Below are positions 9,972-19,916 of a stretch of DNA of 64,000 nucleotides, piece by piece. The first letter of the stretch is position 1. Every line of letters begins with the position of its first letter. Where the stretch lies: assembly GCA_029776155.1 (NCBI GenBank), contig JAKOTU010000090.1, forward strand, positions 12,285-76,284, written 5' to 3'. Position numbers and translations under genes: made by a program. A model generated the notes under the pieces. That model worked only from the letters and a program-made list of their open reading frames with translations, was not told the DNA's origin and searched no databases. The stretch comes from Bacillota bacterium (GTDB taxonomy: Bacteria; Bacillota; Limnochordia; Darwinibacteriales; Darwinibacteriaceae).

Positions 9972-10430
9972 TTACAGCCTCCACAGCGCAATAAGAACAC
10001 CCAAAAGGGCCCCCGCCACAACCTCCACAGGAGTATGTCCCAACAGCTCGCGCAGGCGCTCCGGATGAAGCTCCCGGCGGTTCAGATCCTCGATGATGGC
10101 ATTGAGCACCCGGGCCTGTTTCCCTGCTGCCCGCCGCACCCCGGCGGCATCATACATAACAATGAGCGCGAATACCGCAGCTAGGGCGAAGATAGTGGAG
10201 TCGAAGCCTTCCGTAAGCCCGATACCCGTAGCCAAAGAGGTAACAAAGGCACTGTGGGAACTGGGCATTCCCCCGGGCTCCACCAAACGCCTGAAGTTAA
10301 GCTTGCCCCTGGTAACGGCCCAGGAGACAATTTTCAACAACTGAGCCAGGGCCCACGCCAAAAAAGAGGCCATGAGCACACGGTTATCGGTAATCAGTCC
10401 CAAGTTTGGTTGGCCGTTAATCGCCATCAT
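9972..10430 (-). CDS. YuiD/DUF212 family membrane protein (divergent PAP2-like)
   Basis: GGMPSSHSAFV and MYDAAGVRR motifs, ~150 aa, several TM helices. The start is ambiguous (ATG at 10430, 10427 or 10373). The longer ORF-track N-terminus looks non-coding. Confidence 0.7.
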   Translation of the reverse strand: MMAINGQPNLGLITDNRVLMASFLAWALAQLLKIVSWAVTRGKLNFRRLVEPGGMPSSHSAFVTSLATGIGLTEGFDSTIFALAAVFALIVMYDAAGVRRAAGKQARVLNAIIEDLNRRELHPERLRELLGHTPVEVVAGALLGVLIALWRL

Positions 10431-10461
10431 CCCTTTCATAGAGCGCGCAGGAGGGAATAGG

Positions 10462-10929
10462 ATGATCTCAGGGGGGATGAAAGTGCAATCCACACTGCCC
10501 TTGCTGATCATCTTTGTGGCGGCCGTCATTTCCAGAAACAACCTTGTGGGCGCAGCCGCGGCCATCGTGTTTTTCCTGGACTTGATGCGCCTCAACCGCT
10601 TCTTCCCGCTCATTCAAAGTCGCGGCTTGGAGGGAGGCTTGCTGCTGCTCACCATCGCCCTCCTGATCCCCTTCGCCAAAGGCGAAGTTACCCTGCAGAA
10701 CCTGAGCTCGGCCCTGTTGAGTCCCGTGGGCGTCCTGGCCATTGTGGGCGGCCTGTTGGGGGCTTACCTGAACAGCCAGGGTTTGGAGTTCGTTGCCGCT
10801 GAGCCGTCCATCATCCCCGGCATCCTCATCGGCGTGATGATCAGCGTAGCGTTTTTTGGAGGAGTCTCGGTGGGACCCATCATGGCCGCCGGAATCACGG
10901 CGCTCTTAATCCGTCTTCTGGTTCGTTAG
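10462..10929 (+). CDS. UPF0756/DUF441 family membrane protein
   Basis: 156-aa polytopic membrane protein. ATG 10462 is preceded by GGAGGGAATAGG. The glycine-rich TM pattern is typical of DUF441. Confidence 0.65.
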   Translation: MISGGMKVQSTLPLLIIFVAAVISRNNLVGAAAAIVFFLDLMRLNRFFPLIQSRGLEGGLLLLTIALLIPFAKGEVTLQNLSSALLSPVGVLAIVGGLLGAYLNSQGLEFVAAEPSIIPGILIGVMISVAFFGGVSVGPIMAAGITALLIRLLVR

Positions 10930-10996
10930 TGGACCCCTTTGATTATAGCAGGTTCAGGATGGACGAACAACTAGGAAGTGCTGCGGGCAGACCCTG

Positions 10997-12499
10997 TTAG
11001 GATGCCTGCTTACCAGCCATGAGCAGGCGGAATTCATCTCCACCCATGGTTTCTTCCCGCAGCAGGTGCGCGGTGATCTCCTTCACTTCAGCCACCCGGC
11101 CCCTGAGGATCTCCCGGGTCCGCTCTTCTTGTTCCCTGATAATACCGGCAATGGTTTTATTTAACACGGCAGCGGGCAGGTCCGAACCAACCACACCCAA
11201 GGGCGACAATCCAGCAAACACCATGCGCCGGGCGAGGTCCACCGCCTGCTCAATATCATTCGCCGCCCCTGTAGAGCGCTGGCCGAAGATAAGCTCCTCC
11301 ATCACCGCTCCCGCCAGGCATACCTGAATGGCCTGGAGCAGCTGATCCCTGGTGTACAGGTACTGGTCATCCTGGGAAGCCTGGCGGATGAATCCCAGGG
11401 CTCGGTTGCGGGACACGATGGTAATGGAAGCTACCGAACCTGGCCGCACCAGCTCGCTGAGGACAGCATGCCCCACCTCATGATAGGCTACCCGCTCCCG
11501 CTCCTCTGCAGACAGGAGGCGATTGGACTTCTCGCCCAACATCACTTTTTCCACCGCTTCCCTGAGATCTCCTTGGGTGATCACCCCTCGCCCAGCCCTA
11601 AGAGCCGCTATGGCCGCTTCATTCAACAGGCTTTCCAGATGGGCTCCGGAAAAACCGTGGGTTTCTGCGGCGATCTGCTCCAAGGATACGTCTTCCGCCA
11701 AAGGCTTGTTGGCTGCATGGATCCCCAGAATGTGCAGACGGCCTGCTTTATCCGGCAGATCCACCTGAACAATGCGATCGAAGCGGCCCGGCCTTAGAAG
11801 TGCAGGGTCCAGCAGGTCCATGCGGTTGGTGGCACCCACCACCAGGATCTGCACATCCTGCCCACTCTCCACCCCGTCCATCTGAGTCAGCAGCTCATTC
11901 AGGGTTTGGTCGTATTCCAGATGACTGGCATTGGTTCCCCGCTTGGCGCCCAGAACATCGATCTCGTCAATGAAGATGATGGCGCTGGACTTCTTCTCCC
12001 GCTCAGCCTGGGCACGGGCCTGGCTGAACAGCTGGCGAACCCGACTAGCCCCAACCCCGGCGTACATCTGCACAAACTGCGAACCAGAGACAGCCAAAAA
12101 GACAGAAGCGGTGTAATTGGCGGCCGCCTTGGCCATCAGGGTCTTACCAGTGCCCGGCGGTCCCACCAGGAGCACACCTTTCAAAGGTCTGATTCCCAGC
12201 TGCCTGCTGCGTCTGCTTTCCTTAAGGAAGGTTAGGGCTTCCAACAGTTCGCGCTTAGCCATGTCCTGACCACCTATGTCGGAAAAGGTAACCGGGGGCA
12301 CGCCGCTGTCCGCAACGGTTCCTAGTTTGGCCGGCTTTAGGCGCGCCGTAAATCCGCCCCGGGTGCCGGTGAGCATGGCCCCCAGGGTCACAACACTCAA
12401 GGGTAGTATCAAGAGGCTGGGTTCCCAGCCAAAGAGAAGCGCCAAGACCACCAGCGCGCACCCACCCCCTAAAACCAGCTCTTTCAGCCATTTCTTCAA
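10997..12499 (-). CDS. compact FtsH-family AAA+ zinc metalloprotease
   Basis: Walker A GPPGTGKT, Walker B IIFIDEID, and M41 zinc site HEVGHAV. The membrane part is only ~45 aa at the N-terminus, with no extracytoplasmic domain. TTG start overlaps the upstream stop (TTGA). Confidence 0.85.
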   Translation of the reverse strand: MKKWLKELVLGGGCALVVLALLFGWEPSLLILPLSVVTLGAMLTGTRGGFTARLKPAKLGTVADSGVPPVTFSDIGGQDMAKRELLEALTFLKESRRSRQLGIRPLKGVLLVGPPGTGKTLMAKAAANYTASVFLAVSGSQFVQMYAGVGASRVRQLFSQARAQAEREKKSSAIIFIDEIDVLGAKRGTNASHLEYDQTLNELLTQMDGVESGQDVQILVVGATNRMDLLDPALLRPGRFDRIVQVDLPDKAGRLHILGIHAANKPLAEDVSLEQIAAETHGFSGAHLESLLNEAAIAALRAGRGVITQGDLREAVEKVMLGEKSNRLLSAEERERVAYHEVGHAVLSELVRPGSVASITIVSRNRALGFIRQASQDDQYLYTRDQLLQAIQVCLAGAVMEELIFGQRSTGAANDIEQAVDLARRMVFAGLSPLGVVGSDLPAAVLNKTIAGIIREQEERTREILRGRVAEVKEITAHLLREETMGGDEFRLLMAGKQAS

Positions 12500-13029
12500 C
12501 CCCAGGCCCCCCCTTCGCCGCCAGGCGCGCGGCTGATCACTCGCTGCAAAGCGCTGCTTTCATCTCTAAGGGACACATAGATGAAATCCCGGTCCACCGA
12601 AAGATCCCAGTCCACGCTTTGTGCCCCAGCAAGGCTGCTTACCCGTTCCTCCAGAAGAGTAAACTCGCCGGTCATCACAGCTTCTTCCGCGGCTATGCTG
12701 ATCCGCTCAAAGAGGCTCCTCAACTTAGGGCTGGCCTGGTCCTGAACATGGACAACCACATTCGCTCCATAGCCGGAAACGATCTGCCGCACCTGCCTCC
12801 AGGTTTCCCTCAGGGCAGCTTCTGGGGCCAGCTCAAGAAAGGCCACCATTTTCCCCCCCGCAAGGCGCTCCAAGCGCACAGCACTTATGCCCTGGGCCTG
12901 CTTAAGCTCAGCCTCTAGGGGACCCACTACTTGGGTCTGGTCATAGAAATATCTGCCCACCAACCCGACAGCCACCACTAGGATGAAGATGAGCACGGTT
13001 GCCGGTAGATGCAGTCCGCGGTAAGTCAT
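12496..13029 (-). CDS. hypothetical single-pass membrane protein (177 aa)
   Basis: ATG 13029 has a GGGGGGAG SD 6 nt upstream. One N-terminal TM helix (LPATVLIFILVVAVGLVG) is followed by a soluble domain with no motif I recognise. It is translationally coupled to the FtsH-like gene. Confidence 0.55.
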   Translation of the reverse strand: MTYRGLHLPATVLIFILVVAVGLVGRYFYDQTQVVGPLEAELKQAQGISAVRLERLAGGKMVAFLELAPEAALRETWRQVRQIVSGYGANVVVHVQDQASPKLRSLFERISIAAEEAVMTGEFTLLEERVSSLAGAQSVDWDLSVDRDFIYVSLRDESSALQRVISRAPGGEGGAWG

Positions 13030-13105
13030 GGGTTGCTCCCCCCAGTTCAAAACGGGATTAAAAAAAGTGCCAGCATAGACTGCTGACACTAAGTATTATA
13101 GCACA

Positions 13106-13633
13106 CTATTGCAGCGAACTTTTTAGTACATCTTGGGCGTTTTGGAAGTACTTCACCCCGGATACAATGGTGGCTGCCACCGCGATCCACATAAGATAAG
13201 GGGCCCAGGAAATGCCCAGGAAAAACGCCATCACCGCCACAATCTGGCTCACCGTCTTGATTTTACCCCACAGGGAAGCGGCAATAACTTTTCCTTCCGC
13301 TGCGGCCAGGATGCGCAGGCCTGAAACGGCAAACTCACGCCCTAAGATGATCAACGCCGCCCACGTGTTTACCTGGTCGGCTTCCACCAGTGCCAACAGG
13401 GCCGCGGCGATGAGCAGTTTGTCGGCGATGGGATCAATCAGCTGCCCAAAGCGGGTGATCTCCCTGCGGCTGCGGGCCAAGTAGCCATCCAGAGCGTCGG
13501 TGACCGAGGCAAGGAGAAAGACCACCGCGGCGGGAAGGTTCATGACGACCGGATCGGGATTCAGCCGATACAGATACACAAACAGGGGCACCAGGGAAAT
13601 GCGGAGCAGAGTGACAAAATTAGGCAGATTCAC
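13106..13633 (-). CDS. pgsA: CDP-diacylglycerol--glycerol-3-phosphate 3-phosphatidyltransferase
   Basis: CDP-alcohol phosphatidyltransferase motif (DALDGYLAR...GQLIDPIADK). I chose the GTG start at 13633 (VNLPNFVTLLR). The upstream part of the long ORF is W/R-rich and overlaps rimO. Confidence 0.9.
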   Translation of the reverse strand: MNLPNFVTLLRISLVPLFVYLYRLNPDPVVMNLPAAVVFLLASVTDALDGYLARSRREITRFGQLIDPIADKLLIAAALLALVEADQVNTWAALIILGREFAVSGLRILAAAEGKVIAASLWGKIKTVSQIVAVMAFFLGISWAPYLMWIAVAATIVSGVKYFQNAQDVLKSSLQ

Positions 13634-14951
13634 TGGCTTCAACCACCTCTCCAACCAGGTCATAGGCCTGGGCATCGGTAATGCGCACTGTAACCAGGTC
13701 TCCAGGCTGCAACGTGCCCCTGCCCACGTAGACCACACCATCCACCTCTGGCGCCTGCCCGCTGTGCCGGCCCACCATGACCAGTTCCGATTCCTCTGAT
13801 GGATGTTCCATGAGCACCTGCAGATTCCTGCCCACAAGCCTCCTGTTCAAGGCCGCGGAAATCTCCTGCTGCAGGCTCATGGCTTCATGATAGCGCCGTT
13901 CCTTGACCGCTTCAGCCACCTGGCCGCTGTAGGAGTAAGCTGGGGAGTTCTCCTCCCGAGAGTACTTGAAAATGCCCACATGGTTGAGCTGCGCCTGATC
14001 CAGGAACTGGAGCAGCTGCTGGAAATCCTCCTCCGTTTCACCGGGGAATCCCACAATGAACGAACTGCGGATGACCACACCTGGCACTTTATCCCGAATC
14101 TTGTTGATCAGATCTAGCGTAGACTGGTAACTTCCCGGCCTTTTCATGCCCCGCAGCACCCTTTCCGAAACATGCTGCAGCGGCAGATCAACGTACTTCA
14201 CCAAACTGGGTTCCTTGGCCATCAGCTGCAGCAGCTCGTCGTTGAGGGATGTGGGATAGGTGTACAGCAAGCGGATCCAGGGGAACTCCAGGTCCGCAAG
14301 CTGCTGGAGCAGCTCAACAATACTGCTGCCCACATCCCGCCCGTAGGCCGTACTGTCCTGGGCAATGACCACTAGTTCCTTGACCCCAGCCTTCCTCAGC
14401 AGCGCCGCCTCACCCAAAATGGACTCAACTGTGCGGCTGCGGAACCTGCCGCGGATCTGGGGAATCACGCAAAAGGCGCAGTGATGGGAACAACCCTCAG
14501 CAATTTTCAAATAGGCCAGGTGTGACCCGGTGGTGGAAAGCCTGGCATAGGGCTGGCTGTAATCAAAATACCCCCTGCGGCGCTCCAGAACCCTTTCCCC
14601 TGCCGCGACCCGCTCAATCACCGCGGGCACCAAATCCAGTTCATTGGTCCCCAGCATAGCATCGATCTCTGGGATCTCGTCCCACAGCTCCTGGGCATAG
14701 CGCTGGGACAGGCAGCCCATGACAATTAAGCCCTTGCAAGAACCAGTCTCTTTCAGCGCAGCCATATCCAAAATGACCTCAATGGACTCTTCCTTGGCTT
14801 CAGTTATGAATCCACAGGTATTGACAATGATGATCTCGGCTTCTCGGGGATCATGGGTCAGTTCATGCCCCGCCTCCGTCAAGAATCCTAAAACTATCTC
14901 CGTGTCCACCAGGTTCTTGGCACAACCCAGGGAAGCAACTCCGATTTTCAT
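13620..14951 (-). CDS. rimO: ribosomal protein S12 methylthiotransferase RimO
   Basis: 443 aa with a UPF0004 N-domain (MKIGVASLGCAKN), a radical-SAM CSHHCAFC motif and a C-terminal TRAM domain. Confidence 0.88.
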   Translation of the reverse strand: MKIGVASLGCAKNLVDTEIVLGFLTEAGHELTHDPREAEIIIVNTCGFITEAKEESIEVILDMAALKETGSCKGLIVMGCLSQRYAQELWDEIPEIDAMLGTNELDLVPAVIERVAAGERVLERRRGYFDYSQPYARLSTTGSHLAYLKIAEGCSHHCAFCVIPQIRGRFRSRTVESILGEAALLRKAGVKELVVIAQDSTAYGRDVGSSIVELLQQLADLEFPWIRLLYTYPTSLNDELLQLMAKEPSLVKYVDLPLQHVSERVLRGMKRPGSYQSTLDLINKIRDKVPGVVIRSSFIVGFPGETEEDFQQLLQFLDQAQLNHVGIFKYSREENSPAYSYSGQVAEAVKERRYHEAMSLQQEISAALNRRLVGRNLQVLMEHPSEESELVMVGRHSGQAPEVDGVVYVGRGTLQPGDLVTVRITDAQAYDLVGEVVEASESA

Positions 14952-15119
14952 TCCACATCTCCCATCATCTCAAGTAAGTTCCTGGACTTGGATATCCTGT
15001 CTCTGATATGTTATCATACATACAGGAGTTCTTCAAAGCGGGGATTTGCTGGGGGGAGAAGGAAAACGATCCTCCGTGTGGAACAAGTATAGGGGTCTGG
15101 CGAGAAGAAGGGAGCAGCC

Positions 15120-15341
15120 ATGAAAGATAGCCTGAAGTACCTGTCCCTGGTTACCCAACTAGGGGTGACCATTATAGTCACTGTGGCCATCTGCACTGCT
15201 TTCGGGCTGTATCTGGATCGCCGGCTCAACACGGGTGCGGTGTTCACCTTGGTGTTTCTGCTCATCGGCTGCCTCGCGGCCCTGTGGAATGCCTATAGGC
15301 TGATTTCGGATACGTTTAAAACAAACTCGGAGCGCAAGTAA
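15120..15341 (+). CDS. atpZ: AtpZ/ATPase_gene1-type small membrane protein
   Basis: 73 aa with two TM helices. It is the first gene of the atp cluster. Its stop overlaps the next start (TAATG). Confidence 0.65.
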   Translation: MKDSLKYLSLVTQLGVTIIVTVAICTAFGLYLDRRLNTGAVFTLVFLLIGCLAALWNAYRLISDTFKTNSERK

Positions 15342-15707
15342 TGTTCAGCGAACACGATGTCTTGCGTACCACCGCCATTATTGTGCTTCTGCTCTCAGCA
15401 GGGCTTTTGATCTATCGGACGGATGTGGGGCTCGGCATCCTCTTGGGCGGGCTCATGAGCCTGCTCGGCTTTAGGCTGATGATCATCGATGCCGCCCGCT
15501 TGCTGCAGCTCGCGAAGACCGTTCCCCTTTCTCGCCGAGATGTGTCCCGCTTGAACCGCCGAGCCTTTCTGAAACGCATGGCGCTGTACGCCGCTGCCCT
15601 GATCGCGGCAGCAACTAGCCCTTATCTGAACTACCTGGCAGCCTTTGGCGGACTGCTGCTGCCAAGGCTGGCCATCTACTACCATCTGCTGCTGGGGAGG
15701 ATCAACC

Positions 15708-15718
<11 letters not shown>
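15341..15718 (+). CDS. atpI: ATP synthase protein I
   Basis: 125-aa hydrophobic protein directly upstream of atpB, in the usual AtpI position. Confidence 0.65.
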
Positions 15719-16662
<944 letters not shown>

Positions 16663-16687
16663 AGGTCGGCGTGCATTTGGGACTGTG

Positions 16688-16709
16688 GGAGCGCTCTTTC
16701 CAGCGCTCC
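16688..16709 (+). other. stem-loop in the atpE-atpF spacer
   Basis: GGAGCGCT-ctttcc-AGCGCTCC forms a perfect 8-bp stem with no following T-run. It could be an mRNA stabiliser or processing element. Confidence 0.3.
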
Positions 16710-16747
16710 ACTGGTCAACTTAGATTTGCGGTAAAGGGTGACAGACG

Positions 16748-17245
16748 TTGATTGACCAAAATCTCTTGCTGGCGCAGACTATCAACTTTATCCTGCTGGT
16801 TTTTCTGCTCTACAAGCTGCTCTACAAGCCCGTGCGCAACTTCATGGATCAGCGCACCGCGGAGATTGAGCACCAGATTCGCTCCGCGGAGGAGAATCAA
16901 AAGGCAGCAGAAGCCCTGCGCCTTGAGTTGGAACGCCAGTCCCAGGAAAGCCGCCAGCAGGCGCGGCAGATCATTGATGAAGCAACTAAGCGCGCCGAAG
17001 AAGTCCAGGCCAAGCTGATCGCCGAAGCCAAGGCTGAAGCGAGGGCCATTTTAGACAGGGCACAGCGGGAAGTTCAACTGGAAAAGGAAAAGGCCTGGGC
17101 TGAACTGAAGCAGCAGGTTGGGGAGTTGGCAGTGCTGCTTGCCTCCAAGGTCATCAACGCGTCTTTGGATGATGCCCAACACAGCCGGTTGATTGCGGAA
17201 ACCATTGACCAACTGGACACCTTAGACAAAGGACATCTACAATGA
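16748..17245 (+). CDS. atpF: F0F1 ATP synthase subunit b
   Basis: 165 aa with an N-terminal TM helix and then a long charged helix (AEIEHQIRSAEENQKAAEALR). TTG start. Confidence 0.9.
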   Translation: MIDQNLLLAQTINFILLVFLLYKLLYKPVRNFMDQRTAEIEHQIRSAEENQKAAEALRLELERQSQESRQQARQIIDEATKRAEEVQAKLIAEAKAEARAILDRAQREVQLEKEKAWAELKQQVGELAVLLASKVINASLDDAQHSRLIAETIDQLDTLDKGHLQ

Positions 17246-17775
17246 GTATGAATGCAACTAGAAACTCACAAATCGCCAAGCGCTATGCTCAGGCTCTCTT
17301 TTTGGCAGCCAAGGAGAACAGTGCGCAGCTGAATGAGGAGTTCAAGCAGGTGCTCGCCATTCTAGAGGATCCTGTGGTGAACAGGGCGTTCTACCACCCC
17401 CTCACTAGCCGGGAGCGCAAGACCGAATTGGTTCGCCTCATGCAGCTGTCCGAACTGATGGAGAGCTTTCTGCTCTTGGTGGTGGAAAAAGGACGCGAGG
17501 CACTGCTGCCGGCGATAGGGCAGGCCTTTTTGCAGTTGGTCCTGGACCAACAGAACACTACTGTTGCCCAGGTTACTTCGGCCCGCAGACTTGATGCCCA
17601 GGAGCAGGCCGAGCTGCAGCGCAAGTTAAGTGCCCTTACTGGCAAAAAGGTGATTCTGAACGCTTACGTAGATGCGAGCATTATTGGCGGACTGGTGGTC
17701 CAGGTGGATGGCAAAATACTTGATGCCAGCCTGAGACACCGCTTGGATATGTTCGTCCACAGTTTAACGAGCTAA
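17242..17775 (+). CDS. atpH: F0F1 ATP synthase subunit delta (OSCP)
   Basis: 177 aa with AKRYAQALFLAA near the N-terminus. The ATGA overlap with atpF indicates translational coupling. Confidence 0.9.
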   Translation: MSMNATRNSQIAKRYAQALFLAAKENSAQLNEEFKQVLAILEDPVVNRAFYHPLTSRERKTELVRLMQLSELMESFLLLVVEKGREALLPAIGQAFLQLVLDQQNTTVAQVTSARRLDAQEQAELQRKLSALTGKKVILNAYVDASIIGGLVVQVDGKILDASLRHRLDMFVHSLTS

Positions 17776-17783
17776 TAGTTGGC

Positions 17784-17811
17784 AAGCCCTGGAGTTGACC
17801 AGGGCTTTTTT
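17784..17811 (+). terminator. intrinsic terminator directly after atpH
   Basis: AAGCCCTGG-agttga-CCAGGGCTT is followed by TTTTT. Confidence 0.75.
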
Positions 17812-17838
17812 GCTGCCTGCGGATCAGTCCATGTAGCA

Positions 17839-17868
17839 AGGAGGCACCCAGTGGGGTGCCTCCTTTTT
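17839..17868. terminator. second GC-rich terminator hairpin between atpH and the convergent SBP gene
   Basis: AGGAGGCACCC-agt(g)-GGGTGCCTCCT forms an 11-bp stem followed by TTTTT on the + strand. An A-run on the other side gives it some activity for the minus-strand gene. Confidence 0.6.
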
Positions 17869-17885
17869 AGCCTCTGTTATTTGCT

Positions 17886-19625
17886 TTACCTGTCGATCCA
17901 GATGTAGTTCCAGGCGCTGCCCACCGAACCGCCGACTCCATCCGGAATGGCGTTGCGCAGGTGGTCGCGCACGGCTACCATGTTCTCAGAAGTTACGGTG
18001 TACAGCAGCGGTACATACTCGGCTACAATATCCTGGAACTCATAGTACCACTGACGGCGGACCTCAGGATCCATGGCCCTTTGAGCTTGCACCCAGATCT
18101 CGTCGATGCGGGCTTCCCACTCGGTGGCCGGGGTCTCCTGGTACGGATACCACATATGCAGGTTACCGCTGGAGAGCCAGACGTTGGAGCCGCCGTTCGG
18201 GTCGAAGGTTCCAGTGAGGCCGATGATGATGGCATCCCAGTCGAAGGTGTCGGTCAACTTCTCCACGACCACGTTGAAGTCGATCTGTTGGAAGTTCACC
18301 TTGATGCCCAGAGCAGCCAGGTCTTCCTGGAAGAGTTCGCCCACGATCTGGCGGATGGGCACCCCTGGGTTGGTGATCAAGTCAAATTCGATGGGGTTGC
18401 CGTTCGGGTCGCGGCGCACGCCGTCAGCACCGAGCTTGTAGCCAGCTGCTTCCAGCTTCTCATGCGCTGCATCCAGGTCGTAAGGATAGATCTTGATATC
18501 CTTCTTCAGGAAGAAATCGTTCCTCATGTTGATGGGGCTCCATTGGATGTAGCCCATGCCGTTCATGGCCATATCCAGGATGGTTTCCTTGTCCACCGCG
18601 TGGTAGAGGGCCTGGCGGAAGTTCACATCGGTGAACCAGGAAAGTTTGGGTTCAGGCACTGCATTTGGATTCTGGTTGAACACGATGAAACTCGTGCCTG
18701 GGTTGGGACCAGCTGTGATAATGCTCCAACGGCTGAAGGGTTCCCGATCTACGTACTCAGGATACTGGTTCGCGGGAATGCCGATGTAGTCAAACTCACC
18801 GTTGAAGAAGGCCAGGGTTGCCGTATCAGAGCTGGGATAGTAACGGAAGATTACCCTGTTTAGATAAGGCAGACGGTTGCCAGCCTCGTCAAACTCATAA
18901 TAGTTGTCGTTCCTGACCAGGATGAGTTCTTGGTCGATGCGGTAGGAAGCAATCTTCCAAGCACCGGTACCTACGATCTCTTCCAGGGGAGTCTCCAGAC
19001 CCCACATCTCGTGGTAGCGGCCCTGTTTGTGGGCTTCGCCCAAGAGATGTACGGGAACGATGGGCGTCCCGATGCTGAACATAATGGGAGCATGGGGACG
19101 AGGCAAGGTGAACTTCACCGTGTACTTGTCGATCTTCTCATACTTCATGGGCTGACCGTCGATGAGCAGACCGGTCCTGGAGTTGGAGCCAACCGCTGGA
19201 TCATACACTACGTCAAAGGTGAAGATAACGTCGTCCGCGGTGAACTCCGTACCATCATGCCACTGCACGCCGCGGCGGAGATAGAAGGTGATTTCCGTTC
19301 CATCTTCGCTGATCACGTATTCCCGTGCCAGCTTGGGCAGGACCAAGCCCGTATCACGGTGCAGGACAACGAGACCCTCGAAAATACGGTCAGTTACATC
19401 GGTACTGGAAGTCTCGGCTGCCCGGTGGGGGTTAAAGGTCTTGGGGCCCGATGCGCCACCGTGCACTGTCATGGTACCGCCGTAGCGTCCCACTTCCATG
19501 CCGAACTCTTCTGCCAGATTGATAACCCTCGGGTCCAGCAACTCTACAGCACTCGCCACGCCTGCCGTGAAGACCAGCGCCAGCAGGAGTGTCCAGATGA
19601 ACAGATGTCTCTTCATAGTGTTCAC
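17886..19625 (-). CDS. ABC transporter substrate-binding protein, family 5 (peptide/nickel, OppA/DppA-like)
   Basis: 579 aa with signal peptide MNTMKRHLFIWTLLLALVFTAGVASA. Size and sequence pattern fit SBP_bac_5. Confidence 0.88.
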   Translation of the reverse strand: MNTMKRHLFIWTLLLALVFTAGVASAVELLDPRVINLAEEFGMEVGRYGGTMTVHGGASGPKTFNPHRAAETSSTDVTDRIFEGLVVLHRDTGLVLPKLAREYVISEDGTEITFYLRRGVQWHDGTEFTADDVIFTFDVVYDPAVGSNSRTGLLIDGQPMKYEKIDKYTVKFTLPRPHAPIMFSIGTPIVPVHLLGEAHKQGRYHEMWGLETPLEEIVGTGAWKIASYRIDQELILVRNDNYYEFDEAGNRLPYLNRVIFRYYPSSDTATLAFFNGEFDYIGIPANQYPEYVDREPFSRWSIITAGPNPGTSFIVFNQNPNAVPEPKLSWFTDVNFRQALYHAVDKETILDMAMNGMGYIQWSPINMRNDFFLKKDIKIYPYDLDAAHEKLEAAGYKLGADGVRRDPNGNPIEFDLITNPGVPIRQIVGELFQEDLAALGIKVNFQQIDFNVVVEKLTDTFDWDAIIIGLTGTFDPNGGSNVWLSSGNLHMWYPYQETPATEWEARIDEIWVQAQRAMDPEVRRQWYYEFQDIVAEYVPLLYTVTSENMVAVRDHLRNAIPDGVGGSVGSAWNYIWIDR

Positions 19626-19873
19626 AGATTCCCCCTTTTAATGATTTCTTAAAGGATTAGCTGTTGATGTACCTCCCCACTTTCGTTCGCTATCACTACT
19701 CCTTCCCTACGAAATTCACTGACAGTAATTGCTCGCTTTGCCAAATTCGTCGAGCGGGAATATTACTATAATACGACCGAGAAGTCGTTTGTCCTGCTAA
19801 GGAACGGATACTTTATTGGTCCAACCCCGAATTAACCGCCTTTACCGTTTGCACACAACGGCCCCTGTGCAAG

Positions 19874-19901
19874 TAAAAAGGGTGGAAGCAGAGTTCCACC
19901 C
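19874..19901 (-). terminator. intrinsic terminator between the permease genes and the SBP gene
   Basis: On the minus strand, GGGTGGAA-ctctgc-TTCCACCC is followed by TTTTT, 16 nt after the permease stop. Confidence 0.65.
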
Positions 19902-19916
19902 TTCGGCAGCGATCCA

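Noticed and set aside
19649-19696. A 15-codon upstream ORF (GTG...TAA) in the leader of the substrate-binding protein gene.
   Set aside because: The SD-like GGAAGGAG is only 2 nt from the GTG. There is no feature suggesting a leader-peptide attenuator, such as runs of a particular codon.
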